Assembly: GCA_965552135.1 (NCBI GenBank)
Contig: CBEVQY010000028.1
Location: forward strand, 1-37,548
DNA length: 37,548 bases
DNA from: an uncultured bacterium
GTDB lineage: Bacteria > UBP14 > UBA6098 > B30-G16
Direction of reading: 5' to 3'
Shown: piece after piece, positions 1-9,804 of the stretch
How the letters are laid out: each line of letters opens with the position of its first letter
Numbering within the stretch: position 1 is the stretch's first letter
The notes under the pieces: model-generated
The model's database searches: none
Told to the model about the DNA's origin: nothing
The model's input: the letters and a program-made list of their open reading frames with translations, nothing else
Translations under genes and position numbers: made by a program

Positions 1-1
1 G

Positions 2-2308
2 ACAGACAAGCTCCTCACCGACACCCTCGAGAACCGCGACAACGACACCGTCTGGGTTGGCGACAACGACAGGTTCTGGGCGGACGAGGTCCTCACAGAC
101 ACCCTCACCAACAGGGACGGCGACACAATCTACGTCCAGGACAACCTGAGGGTGTACGAAAACGGCAAGGTGGACGGCAATCTACTTGTGGACGGCGTTG
201 TTATGGTCGACACGGTGTTCGACCCTGTGGGCGACACCGTTTACGTTAACGACAGGCTCTGGGCGAACAACGTCATCACCGACACGATAGAGACCCGCGG
301 CGACGTCGTCTACATCGACGACAACCTCAAGGTGTACAAGAACGCCACGGTGGACAGCAACCTGTTTGTGGGCGGTTACATCTCCACCGACACGCTGCTC
401 AACGTTGCGGGCGAAACCCTGTATGTGGACGACAACATGCGCGTGTACGAAAGCATAATCACAAATGGAGACCTTGAGCTTGCAGGCGGCGCCGACGACA
501 CATTCAGAATCATAAACAACGACTGCACGCCGCCCGACACATTCTTCATCGACGTTGGATGCGATACGACCTGGATAAGAAGCAGCAACCCCATCCGCAT
601 TCAGCAAAACAGCCTGATAATCGACGTTCCGGGCAACGTCTACATGACGATGGACGCGACCGTGGACAGCGACCTTGTCGTCCATACCACAGCCACCGTC
701 GACAGCGACCTTGCCGTTGGCGCCGACGTGTACGCCTCCGACACGGTCAAGTCTGACAACGACATCGTTGCCGGCGATAACGTCTTCGCCACCGACTCCG
801 TCGTTGCGGGAAACGACGTCGTCGCGACGGAAGACATCTACGCCGGCGATACGATGAAAGCAGTCTACGGCGTCTTCGAAAGCACCGCCTTTGTGGGTCA
901 GTCGCTTCGTCTTGCGCCGTGGCCAACCCCGCCCGACCCAACATTCCCCGCCACCGAGCGCGCACTGTGGGTCGACCAAACACGAAACAACACCCTCATG
1001 TACTGGAACGGCAGCCAGAACAGACCCGTCGGACAACACTACTTCAAAAACGTCATCGTTGTCGCCAAGGACGTGGAAACTTACGTCTCGTATGGCTACG
1101 ACTCGATCTACTCCGACATAGACACGGCGCTTGCCCACGCCTGGGCGCTCGGAGGAAACTGCCTCATCAAGGTAATGCCCGGCACATACTCGATCGGTGG
1201 GAACGACTCCATCCCCCCAAGCTGCGCCCTGATAGGCTACGGCGCATACTCGGTTAGAATAAACCTCGGCGGCAACACACTGAGGATGAAGGCGAACAGC
1301 GAGGTGGCGGGAATCACGTTCACCGGCGGGATCGTCCAGGCTGTTCCGGGTCCTGCCAAGATCAGCAACTGCGATTTCGACGGCGCCACGGTTACGTACA
1401 ACACGGTCTCCGGCGGCGGCGTCCAGATAACGAACTGTAACTTCGCAAACACAAACTACGGCATATATTCAATGGGCGGCAGCGGCAACCTTATCCGAAA
1501 CAACACCTTCCACAACTGCCGCTGGGGGATTGCGTTTACGGGCGCCTCTGCAAACGAAGTGGAGATAATCGACAACCACTTCGACGCCTGCGACTCGAGC
1601 ATATACCTGATGACGGGTCACTTCACCGCCGACGGCAACACGATACGAAACGGCGGCGGAATCATCGTCGTCAATCCCTCTGGGATGATCATAATAAGCG
1701 GGAACCGCTTGGTGAACATCAACGGCACGGCGATCTACCTGCGCCTCAACGGAAGGGTCGCCCACGTGCTGAACAACACGATAATAAACACCACGGGCGA
1801 CAACAGCATAGCCTCTGGCACCACGCCCGCCGACGCCACCGACGGCGACGGAATTTACGTGGACAACGCCGGCTTGGGCAGCGACATAAGCGGCAACAGG
1901 ATAACAGGGACCGGCAGAGGCAACGGCGACGGCACCGACGCAGCCGCCGACGGCATCGAGTTCAAAAACTGCACCGAATACATCCACTGCAACTACAACG
2001 TGATAGACTACACCGACGGGGACGACATGAGGGCGCTTTCGACCCTGCAGGACTACGGCGCTCCCTATCATCAGGGCTCCAACGGGCGCGATGTCATCCT
2101 CGCCCACGGCAACGTCGCCCAGTGCGACGAGGTCGACTATCACGATGGCGATGGTTCCCGAGGCGAGCCTGAGGACGACGACGCCTTCATAGGTCCGCTG
2201 AATGTTGCAGGACCCGAGGCAGGAGCTAACCGCGCGGGAAGATACATACAGCAGCAATACTGTACAGGCTCGGCGTGGGAGAGCAGCTGGATCGATTACG
2301 ACGACTGA
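2..2308 (+). CDS. 5'-truncated large beta-solenoid protein: D/T/V-rich repeats followed by a right-handed parallel beta-helix (pectin-lyase-like, tailspike-like) domain
   Basis: The frame of ORF 152..2308 is open back to position 2 (TDKLLTDTLENRDNDTVWVGD...), so the true start lies outside the window. Repeats of DTL..GDTVYV.DNL.VY..VD.NL.V are followed by IVVAKD..YSDIDTAL..IKVMPGTY and I.NN.F/I.GN.I coils typical of PbH1 beta-helices. Confidence 0.8.
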   Translation, partial: TDKLLTDTLENRDNDTVWVGDNDRFWADEVLTDTLTNRDGDTIYVQDNLRVYENGKVDGNLLVDGVVMVDTVFDPVGDTVYVNDRLWANNVITDTIETRGDVVYIDDNLKVYKNATVDSNLFVGGYISTDTLLNVAGETLYVDDNMRVYESIITNGDLELAGGADDTFRIINNDCTPPDTFFIDVGCDTTWIRSSNPIRIQQNSLIIDVPGNVYMTMDATVDSDLVVHTTATVDSDLAVGADVYASDTVKSDNDIVAGDNVFATDSVVAGNDVVATEDIYAGDTMKAVYGVFESTAFVGQSLRLAPWPTPPDPTFPATERALWVDQTRNNTLMYWNGSQNRPVGQHYFKNVIVVAKDVETYVSYGYDSIYSDIDTALAHAWALGGNCLIKVMPGTYSIGGNDSIPPSCALIGYGAYSVRINLGGNTLRMKANSEVAGITFTGGIVQAVPGPAKISNCDFDGATVTYNTVSGGGVQITNCNFANTNYGIYSMGGSGNLIRNNTFHNCRWGIAFTGASANEVEIIDNHFDACDSSIYLMTGHFTADGNTIRNGGGIIVVNPSGMIIISGNRLVNINGTAIYLRLNGRVAHVLNNTIINTTGDNSIASGTTPADATDGDGIYVDNAGLGSDISGNRITGTGRGNGDGTDAAADGIEFKNCTEYIHCNYNVIDYTDGDDMRALSTLQDYGAPYHQGSNGRDVILAHGNVAQCDEVDYHDGDGSRGEPEDDDAFIGPLNVAGPEAGANRAGRYIQQQYCTGSAWESSWIDYDD

Positions 2309-2340
2309 TGCACTGCCCCAGGCAAGGAGGGAGGTTTACG

Positions 2341-3456
2341 ATGAGAGCACAGGTTTTGCCTTTGGTTCTGCTTGGGGCGATGGCGACCGCGTTCTGCCAG
2401 GTTCCGCCCGGAGCTCCCACCGACGGCGCGGGGCACTACATCACCTGGGACGCCTTCACAAGCAGCGGCACCGACTTCCTCGCGTCGGTGTGGCGTGGCG
2501 ACTCGGTGGTCGCGAGGGTCGCCCACTCCATAGACGGCGGAAGCACAACGCCCTCGTTCGGCACCTCCGCCACCGAAACACTCGCCGTCGTCAGGCACGG
2601 ATACAGATTCATCGACTTCGACGTAAGAAAACCCTACTCATACATCGACAGCCTCGATACGATATCGTATGCGCCGCAGTGGCTTGTCTCCTGGGGCGGC
2701 ATGGACACCACCTACGAGGACGGCGAGGGATGGGGTCTTAGGGGGTTCACCGTCGAGTACGCAGTTGGCTCACCCGAAAGCACCTGGTTCACGTGGTTTT
2801 CGAACGTGAACTTCACCGAGGCGATGTTCGGTCCATCGTCGCCTGTGGTCGTGCAGGACAGCACAAAGTACTACTTCCGCGTCCGCGCCGAAGACCTGAA
2901 CACAAACGCCGAGGACGAGCACTACTACGACCAGTGGGTCCTCTACATCGCCCCAAGCCTCAGGTTCAGCGTTCAGAACCTCGAGGGCGGCAAAGACTGG
3001 ACCGTTCGCGATACCCTCGCCATCGGAGAGGATTCCCTCGCCTCCCCAACGGCACAGGACGTGTTCATAGTCAAAAACCTAAGCATCCTCGACTCCATCG
3101 ACATGGCGTTGCGGAGCTATTCTGTCGCGCTTCCCATGCGGCTTGGCTGGGAGCTTGCCGACTACCCCGACACAAACAAGTTCGCACTGCGGGCGATCTT
3201 CAACGACGACCCAACGCCGCCTTCGCCAAGCGACTTCGCGGCAACAACAAACATCGTCAGAGACACCTTCATCGTCGCCAACGACTCTATCTTCGGACCG
3301 GGCGGATACCACATAAAGCCCGTCTGGGCCGACTCCCTCTCGCGAACCGATAACCTCTGGCTCCAGTTCCAGCTGCCAACGTGGAGCTACACCTACGGAG
3401 AAACCACCGACGTCCAGCTCATCCTGCAGCTTAAGGCGATCCCCGTGACGCCGTAG
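2341..3456 (+). CDS. Secreted hypothetical protein (371 aa) with an FN3-like beta-sandwich
   Basis: Strong RBS (aaggagggagg, 2324-2334) before ATG 2341; signal peptide MRAQVLPLVLLGAMATAFC-Q; FN3-like YYFRVRAED motif; probably co-transcribed with the upstream gene. Confidence 0.8.
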   Translation: MRAQVLPLVLLGAMATAFCQVPPGAPTDGAGHYITWDAFTSSGTDFLASVWRGDSVVARVAHSIDGGSTTPSFGTSATETLAVVRHGYRFIDFDVRKPYSYIDSLDTISYAPQWLVSWGGMDTTYEDGEGWGLRGFTVEYAVGSPESTWFTWFSNVNFTEAMFGPSSPVVVQDSTKYYFRVRAEDLNTNAEDEHYYDQWVLYIAPSLRFSVQNLEGGKDWTVRDTLAIGEDSLASPTAQDVFIVKNLSILDSIDMALRSYSVALPMRLGWELADYPDTNKFALRAIFNDDPTPPSPSDFAATTNIVRDTFIVANDSIFGPGGYHIKPVWADSLSRTDNLWLQFQLPTWSYTYGETTDVQLILQLKAIPVTP

Positions 3457-3483
3457 CTGGGATGTCCCAAAGCCTGCAAGCTT

Positions 3484-3528
3484 AGGCGGGGGCTTTTTCG
3501 GAAAGCTTGAGCCCCCGCCTTTTGTTTT
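3484..3528 (+). terminator. Rho-independent terminator
   Basis: aggcgggggct ... agcccccgcct stem followed by tttgtttt, just after the stop at 3456. Confidence 0.75.
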
Positions 3529-3549
3529 GCAGAAAAGCTTTTTAAATAC

Positions 3550-3578
3550 TTGACAGCTCAAAGGACCGAACTTATTTT
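3550..3578 (+). promoter_or_regulatory. sigma70-type promoter for the 1736-aa gene
   Basis: TTGACA (3550-3555), 17-nt spacer, TATTTT (3573-3578); RBS aaggaggag before ATG 3628. Confidence 0.65.
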
Positions 3579-3627
3579 TCTCAAAGTTTTGATGGACGAG
3601 GGAAAGAGTTAAAGAAGGAGGAGACTT

Positions 3628-6600
3628 ATGCGGAAGTGGAGCGCTGTAGTGGTGTTTTTTGCGTTCTTTGGGCTTTCGCTTGGGCAGCTTGTGGACACGC
3701 TGCTTTACCTTGAGGACTTCGACAGCTGGATCCCGAGCGGCTGGGACGTGTGGAACCTCGACGGCGTGCCCGGATCAAACTACTGGTATCAGCACAGCGT
3801 TGGAGGTGAAAATGTTGCGGCAATAGACTTTTCGGCAACGTACTACTCCGACGACTGGCTCGTCACGCCAACCATAGACGCCTCCTCGCCCGCCGACTCG
3901 GTGATACTCTACTTCTGGGAGGACTTCGCCCACTTTGGCGGCGAGCTTGGCTCAAGCTACGTCCTCATCTCGCCGGATGACGGCACAACCTGGCCCGATA
4001 CGGTGAAGATCTACACGAACTGGACAAGCTCCGGAAGCGAGACCGGCAACCGCGCGCTCCACATAGAGAGCGCAACGCTTACGTCGACGACAAAGATAGC
4101 ATTCGTCTACAAGCACATGAACGGGCTTTACTGGTACGTCGACAAGGTTGAGGTCATCTCGTACGCCTCCGAGCCCTATCCGCCTGTGTTCACACATTCG
4201 CCGTACTATCGTCCCGCAATGCCCCACACATACACCGCCTTCCCCGAGACCGTCGACATAAACGACCTTACGGGCGTCTCCTCAGCCGACATCTGCTACG
4301 ACGTCGACTCGAGCGGAAGCTACACCTGCATCCCCATGACTTACATCGGCACCGACCCGGACGGCAGAGGTCTTTGGGTTGGCAACATCCCCGCGCAGCC
4401 CGCCTGGAGCAAGATTCAATACTACTTCAGGGCGACCGACTCCTTCTCCCCGCCGAGCACCGGGTACTCGGATACGTTTGAGCTTGTCGTTCAGGGCGAC
4501 TACTACGCCTTCGACGACGTGGACGTTGACCCCGAAGCGCCCGATACCGAATGGATAGACGTGTCTGCTCTGCCCGGCGCCTACAGGATCGACGACCCGT
4601 GGACCGCCACAAGCGACGATTCGCTTGTGCCCCTGCCCTTCACCTTCAAGTTCTACGGCATCGACTACAACGCCGTCTACGTCCACATGGCGGGCTTCCT
4701 GCGCTTCGGCGACCTCGGGACGTCCTTCGACCCCTCCAACAACCAGAACTTCCCCGACGCGGACCCAACAGGTCCTAACGGCGTCATCGCCGGGATGTGG
4801 GATGAGTTTATGGCGACGGCGTCGGTTGGGGGTGATGTTTGGGTTTACGACGGCGGCGATACGTTCATCGTTATGTACGAGAACATGGGCTGGATACCGC
4901 CCGGCGGAGGCGCCTTCTGGAACGCGCTTTCGATGGAGATCCTGCTTTTAAACCCCGCAATCTGCTCCGAGCCCGGCGGAAACGGCGAGATAATCGTCAA
5001 ATACCGCACGATAAGCACCGACAGCATAATGGACTACTCCACCGTTGGCGTCGAGAACGAGACGGGCGAGCTTGGGATGACATATCTTTTCGATGGCATC
5101 TACGACCCCAACGCGGCAGGCATTGTTGAGGGTCGTGCGATAAAGTTTACGACAACGCCTCCGCTCTACGCTGGCGTTGGCGGAGTTATAATCGGCTGGG
5201 CAGACCTCACGGATACCCCGCCCGTCGGCGACCCTGGGATTCGCCTTGAGCTTATACCCGCCGGACTCACCACCACAGCTGGAGCGGGCGGAAGGTTCGT
5301 CTTTACGGGCGTTGCCCCGGGAACTTATATAGTCAAGGGTGAGTTTGTGGGCTATAACTACGATGCCACAGCGCTGCTTGAAGTTTTCGAGGGCGAAACG
5401 ACCTACGCCGATACGCTCTACCTGACACCGCTCAGCTACTACGTCGAGGACTTTGAGGACGGCAGCGAGCCCGGAAGCGCACCCTACGGCGGATGGGAGT
5501 GGGGTGAATACAGCGTTTCGTCCTACGCGGGACTTGGAACGCCTCCTGCAGCCGCCCACTCGGGAACCCGTATGTGGGGCACAATCCTCCACGACGATTA
5601 CGTAAACGACGCCGACTGGTGGCTCATCCTGCCCACAGGACCCACCGTGGTGACCTTCTGGCACTACTACGACGCCGAAAGCTACGGCGCCGGCTGGAGC
5701 TTTGATGGCGGACAAGTCCTCTACTCCGAGGACAACGGACTCAGCTGGACCGTTGCGCACCCCATCGATGGATACGACGACTTTGTCGATGCTCTCTCCG
5801 ACAGCGGCTTCACCGATAACTCCGGCGGCTGGGTTCAGGACAGCGTTGACCTTCGTGGGACCGCAGCCACACACATCGCCTTCAGGTTCGCAAGCGACTT
5901 TTCAGCCCACGACTACGCCGGCTGGTACGTGGACGACGTTCTCACAGCCCTGAGGGAGGACAAGTACGGCGAGGTTGACGGCTACGTTTACGACGCCGCC
6001 ACGTACGAGCCGATAGCGGGGGCACTCGTCTTCGCCGACGGCGACAGCGACGTGACCGACGCATACGGACACTTCCACCTCGACAACGTCGTCGTTGGGG
6101 AGCAAACGATTTACGCCACAGCGCCCGGATACATCCCCAACAGCAGGGGCATTCTCGTTGGTCGCGGTTCGGTGACGCGAACGAACATCCCGCTTACGCC
6201 GGTAAGCATCGACCCGGAAGGCGGTCTTGCCTGGGACCTCACAGCCGGCGCAGACGACAGCGTCGCAGTGACCATCTGCAACCCCTCCGACGACACAATC
6301 TACATCTGGGCGGAGCTTATAGGCAGCGGTGGTGGTCTTATGAGGGCGCTCGGCGCGGCTGGAGGACACACCGACATAAGCCGCCTGCCGCACGCGCTGC
6401 CCTTCACGCCCGAGAACTTCGAGCTTGCGATGGAGAAGGCTTCGCTTGTTGAGCCTCCGCGCTCCAAGCCCGCACCCTCGGCACCAACGACGCGCGAAGC
6501 CGGCTACGAGCTTTTCGCTCGAACCGCAGCATGCGGCGCCAAAGCGGGCGAGCTTGCGATAGTCGACAGCATAAACGTCATCCCGCTCCCGACCATAGCG

Positions 6601-8838
6601 GCGCCGTGGACGGTTGGGTGCAGAGGGCTTGCAGCGCCGTACGACTACTGGATCACGTCGATGGACTTCGGCACGTGGGAGAGCTTTAACGTCGAGTTCG
6701 ACCTCGCCAAAAACCCGACGGGAACGATTTACAGCACATACCCGTTCACGAACTTCTACTACACTCCCGGCGATGTTGCCTACGATGGGCGCTGGTTCTG
6801 GCAGTCCGTCCCCGGCAAGCACGGGCTTTACGCATGGGACCCCAACACCGGCGAGCTTGTGGACTCGCTTATGGCGTTTACGGGCTGTGGCTGGGATACG
6901 ACCATCGTCTGGGGCGTTGGGTACGACCCCGTCGACGACGTCTTCTACCTGGGCGACACCCTCGGCGTCCTGTGGGAGGTCGCGGGCACAAGCTGGCCCA
7001 CACCCGGAGAAGCTCTCGCCGCCTGGCTCGTCAACCCGCCAACGTTTCTCGGACCGGATATAATCTTCGGCGTGGCGTTTGATCCGGCGCGCAGAACCGT
7101 TTGGGTGACATCGTACTGGTACGAAACGATAACCGAGTGGAACCCCAACCTCATTGCGGGCTGGCTATTCCAGACGAACCAGATAGACGCCTCAGGCTTC
7201 AACCTCTACGGTATGGAGGTTGGCGCCGACAGGAAGCTTTGGGTGGCTGTTGAGGACTACATCGCGCTCTACTATCAGGTTTACGGCTATGGTCTTCCCA
7301 GCGGGTACTACCCGGCTGGGATGAGCACGTCGCCTGTGTCGCTTACGCTCGGTCCGGGCGAGTGCGGCGACATAGTCATCCGCACAAGCGAGGTCACACC
7401 GCCGGGGCAGTACAGCCTCACCCTCGGCATCCAGGTCGGCAACGAGGAGGGGATCTGGACCGACTGGCTGAGGTACCCTGTGGTCATAAACGTTTCGCCT
7501 GCGCTGCACCGCGGCTGGAACCTCGTGTCGTTCCCCGTCGCCGCAACGCCAAACAACGTCTACACACAGCTCTCTGACGACATAGTCCCCTTCGAGAACG
7601 ACGCGACAAGCTCCGAGATCTACGCCTGGGATCCCGAGCACGGGATGTTCGTTGTGCCCGAGCAGTTCGAGCGAGGACGTGGTTACTACCTGTGGTCGTG
7701 GTACGACAACACCCACATCGACGTTGCCGGCACGCCGTACTACGACGCCTTCACACTGACGCTTCCGTACTACGCCTCTGCGGCGCTTCCGGGATGGAAC
7801 CTCGTGGGCAACCCCGTCAACACCGAGGTCGACTGGGACGCAATAGTCTCAAGCCCGAGCTTCTACGGCATCTACCCCACGTACTACACGCTGACGCCCA
7901 CGGGTTGGGCATCGTATAGCCCGGGCTTCCCCGCCGGCGCCACGAGGTACATCGACCCGTACGTTGGTTTCTTCGTGCTTGTGCAGCCGGGCGAGACGGG
8001 CGTTTTGCCGTTCGGCGACGACGTCATGGTAAGACCGCTCACCAAGCTCGCCGCTGCAACCACGTCGCTGCCGGGCTTCACCCTGCGGCTTTCGGTGCAG
8101 GCGGGCGACGCTTTTGACCGCTGGAACTACATCGGCACCAGGTACGGCGCCAGCGACGACTTCGACGCCTACTTCGACGCGGCGCTCCCGCCCGAGGTGC
8201 CAGGACTCAACGACATCGCAACCCTCATATGCGGTGACTACCAGCTGCTGCGCGACATCAAAGCCCCGCTTGACGACGGCGACGCAAAGAGTTGGAACCT
8301 GCACATAGAGGGCATCGCCGGCGGGACAGAGGTCGTGATAAGCTGGCCGCTGGACCACACGCCGGACCTCACCGACGCCTCGCAGGGGATAAACCAGATC
8401 TACGGCGGCTATCAGCTCGACCTCTACGACCCCGCAACGGGCGAGCACATCGACATGAGGAGCACAAACGTCTACTCGTTCGTCTACGACGGTCCCAGGA
8501 CACTCGTGATCACGGTCTCCGCCGGCGCCCTGGGCGCAAGCGATCAGAGCAAGCTCCCCAAGATGTTCGCGCTGCACAGAAACGTGCCCAACCCGTTCAA
8601 CGCAAAAACCGAGATCTCCTTCGACGTCCCCGCCGAGGCGTTCGTGACGGTCGATGTGCTCGACGTCTCCGGACACACGGTAAAGACGCTCGCGAAGGGG
8701 ACGTTCGCCGCCGGCAGGCACACCGTCGTCTGGGACGGCACCGACGAGGCTGGTCTGCCCGTTGGCTCCGGCGTATACTTCTGCCGCATGCGCGCAGGGG
8801 ACAAGGTCGAGGTGGTGCGCATGACGCTGGTCAAGTGA
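3628..8838 (+). CDS. Large secreted multidomain protein (jelly-roll/cleaved-adhesin-like, carboxypeptidase-regulatory-like Ig, propeller-like region) with C-terminal FlgD-Ig/T9SS type A sorting domain
   Basis: Signal peptide; EDFD..P.GW / DDWLVTP / W.VD.V jelly-roll motifs; GEVDGYVYDA..PIAGA.V..TDAYG.F; GWNLVSFPV/GWNLVGNPV tandem module; C-terminus LHRNVPNPFN..WDGTDEAG..VGSGVYF..MTLVK. Confidence 0.88.
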   Translation: MRKWSAVVVFFAFFGLSLGQLVDTLLYLEDFDSWIPSGWDVWNLDGVPGSNYWYQHSVGGENVAAIDFSATYYSDDWLVTPTIDASSPADSVILYFWEDFAHFGGELGSSYVLISPDDGTTWPDTVKIYTNWTSSGSETGNRALHIESATLTSTTKIAFVYKHMNGLYWYVDKVEVISYASEPYPPVFTHSPYYRPAMPHTYTAFPETVDINDLTGVSSADICYDVDSSGSYTCIPMTYIGTDPDGRGLWVGNIPAQPAWSKIQYYFRATDSFSPPSTGYSDTFELVVQGDYYAFDDVDVDPEAPDTEWIDVSALPGAYRIDDPWTATSDDSLVPLPFTFKFYGIDYNAVYVHMAGFLRFGDLGTSFDPSNNQNFPDADPTGPNGVIAGMWDEFMATASVGGDVWVYDGGDTFIVMYENMGWIPPGGGAFWNALSMEILLLNPAICSEPGGNGEIIVKYRTISTDSIMDYSTVGVENETGELGMTYLFDGIYDPNAAGIVEGRAIKFTTTPPLYAGVGGVIIGWADLTDTPPVGDPGIRLELIPAGLTTTAGAGGRFVFTGVAPGTYIVKGEFVGYNYDATALLEVFEGETTYADTLYLTPLSYYVEDFEDGSEPGSAPYGGWEWGEYSVSSYAGLGTPPAAAHSGTRMWGTILHDDYVNDADWWLILPTGPTVVTFWHYYDAESYGAGWSFDGGQVLYSEDNGLSWTVAHPIDGYDDFVDALSDSGFTDNSGGWVQDSVDLRGTAATHIAFRFASDFSAHDYAGWYVDDVLTALREDKYGEVDGYVYDAATYEPIAGALVFADGDSDVTDAYGHFHLDNVVVGEQTIYATAPGYIPNSRGILVGRGSVTRTNIPLTPVSIDPEGGLAWDLTAGADDSVAVTICNPSDDTIYIWAELIGSGGGLMRALGAAGGHTDISRLPHALPFTPENFELAMEKASLVEPPRSKPAPSAPTTREAGYELFARTAACGAKAGELAIVDSINVIPLPTIAAPWTVGCRGLAAPYDYWITSMDFGTWESFNVEFDLAKNPTGTIYSTYPFTNFYYTPGDVAYDGRWFWQSVPGKHGLYAWDPNTGELVDSLMAFTGCGWDTTIVWGVGYDPVDDVFYLGDTLGVLWEVAGTSWPTPGEALAAWLVNPPTFLGPDIIFGVAFDPARRTVWVTSYWYETITEWNPNLIAGWLFQTNQIDASGFNLYGMEVGADRKLWVAVEDYIALYYQVYGYGLPSGYYPAGMSTSPVSLTLGPGECGDIVIRTSEVTPPGQYSLTLGIQVGNEEGIWTDWLRYPVVINVSPALHRGWNLVSFPVAATPNNVYTQLSDDIVPFENDATSSEIYAWDPEHGMFVVPEQFERGRGYYLWSWYDNTHIDVAGTPYYDAFTLTLPYYASAALPGWNLVGNPVNTEVDWDAIVSSPSFYGIYPTYYTLTPTGWASYSPGFPAGATRYIDPYVGFFVLVQPGETGVLPFGDDVMVRPLTKLAAATTSLPGFTLRLSVQAGDAFDRWNYIGTRYGASDDFDAYFDAALPPEVPGLNDIATLICGDYQLLRDIKAPLDDGDAKSWNLHIEGIAGGTEVVISWPLDHTPDLTDASQGINQIYGGYQLDLYDPATGEHIDMRSTNVYSFVYDGPRTLVITVSAGALGASDQSKLPKMFALHRNVPNPFNAKTEISFDVPAEAFVTVDVLDVSGHTVKTLAKGTFAAGRHTVVWDGTDEAGLPVGSGVYFCRMRAGDKVEVVRMTLVK

Positions 8839-8863
8839 CGCGCAGCAGCACACCGGCGAACGC

Positions 8864-8897
8864 AAAAGCCCCCGCTCCCAAAAGGCGGGGGCTTTTT
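8864..8897. terminator. Rho-independent terminator (symmetric A/T tails)
   Basis: aaaagcccccgc-tcccaaaag-gcgggggcttttt. Confidence 0.8.
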
Positions 8898-9033
8898 CCC
8901 TGAAGGGTGAGAGCTTTTTCACGAAAGCGGGGCTTTTTGCGGCTTTGACCCAACGCCCTCACGCCGCCCAAAATAAAGTTGCCTTGCCGCCGAAGCTTTG
9001 GTAATTATTTATGCTACGCAGGGAGGGGTTTGG

Positions 9034-9804
9034 ATGGCTGTGCTTTTGGTTAACGACGACGGGATATACGCCCCCGGTCTTGCAGCCCTTGCGAACAGGC
9101 TTCGCGAGAGGTACGAGGTCGTCATAGTAGCGCCCGACCGCGAGCAAAGCGCCGTTGGACACGCAATCACCCTCGCCGACCCACTGAGGATATACGAGGT
9201 AAAGCAGGACGGGAACTTCTTCGGTTACGCCGTAAGCGGCACCCCCGCCGACTGCGTCAAGCTTGCGGTCAGGGTGATCCTCAAGCGCCCACCCGACCTT
9301 TTGATCTCTGGGATAAACCAGGGTGCGAACGTGGGCGCATCGCTTATCTACTCGGGCACGGTGTCGGCAGCGACCGAGGGAACGATGCTCCTTATACCGT
9401 CCATCGCCGTCTCCCTCGACACCCATCGCTCCGACGCAGACTTCTCTGCCGCCGCAGAGGTCACCGAAAGGCTCGCAAGGCTGGTGATGAAATACGGTCT
9501 GCCGGGAGGGGTTTTTCTGAACGTGAACGTTCCCGCGCTGCCGCTGGAGAAGATAAAGGGGGTTAAAATAACGCGCCAGGCGACGACCTACTTCGACGAC
9601 TTCTTCGAACGCCGCATCGACCCCCAGGGCAGAACATACTACTGGATGAGCGGCACGATGGTCGAGGTCGACCGAAGCGAAGACTCCGACCTTATGGCGC
9701 TGCGCCAGGGATTCGTCTCCATCACGCCCGTAAGGTACGACCTCACCGCAAAGGAGGCGTTCCCGGTACTGGAGGAGTGGTTCTCAGATGGCAAGTTGCC
9801 GTAG
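9034..9804 (+). CDS. surE: 5'/3'-nucleotidase SurE
   Basis: LLVNDDGIYAPG, VAPDREQSA, GTPADCV, SGINQGAN, YSGTVSAA motifs; RBS gggagggg before ATG 9034. Confidence 0.96.
   Translation: MAVLLVNDDGIYAPGLAALANRLRERYEVVIVAPDREQSAVGHAITLADPLRIYEVKQDGNFFGYAVSGTPADCVKLAVRVILKRPPDLLISGINQGANVGASLIYSGTVSAATEGTMLLIPSIAVSLDTHRSDADFSAAAEVTERLARLVMKYGLPGGVFLNVNVPALPLEKIKGVKITRQATTYFDDFFERRIDPQGRTYYWMSGTMVEVDRSEDSDLMALRQGFVSITPVRYDLTAKEAFPVLEEWFSDGKLP

Noticed and set aside
8924..8940. Second gcggggcttttt half-site after the terminator, suggesting an attenuator
   Set aside because: It could pair alternatively, but there is no leader peptide or aptamer evidence.
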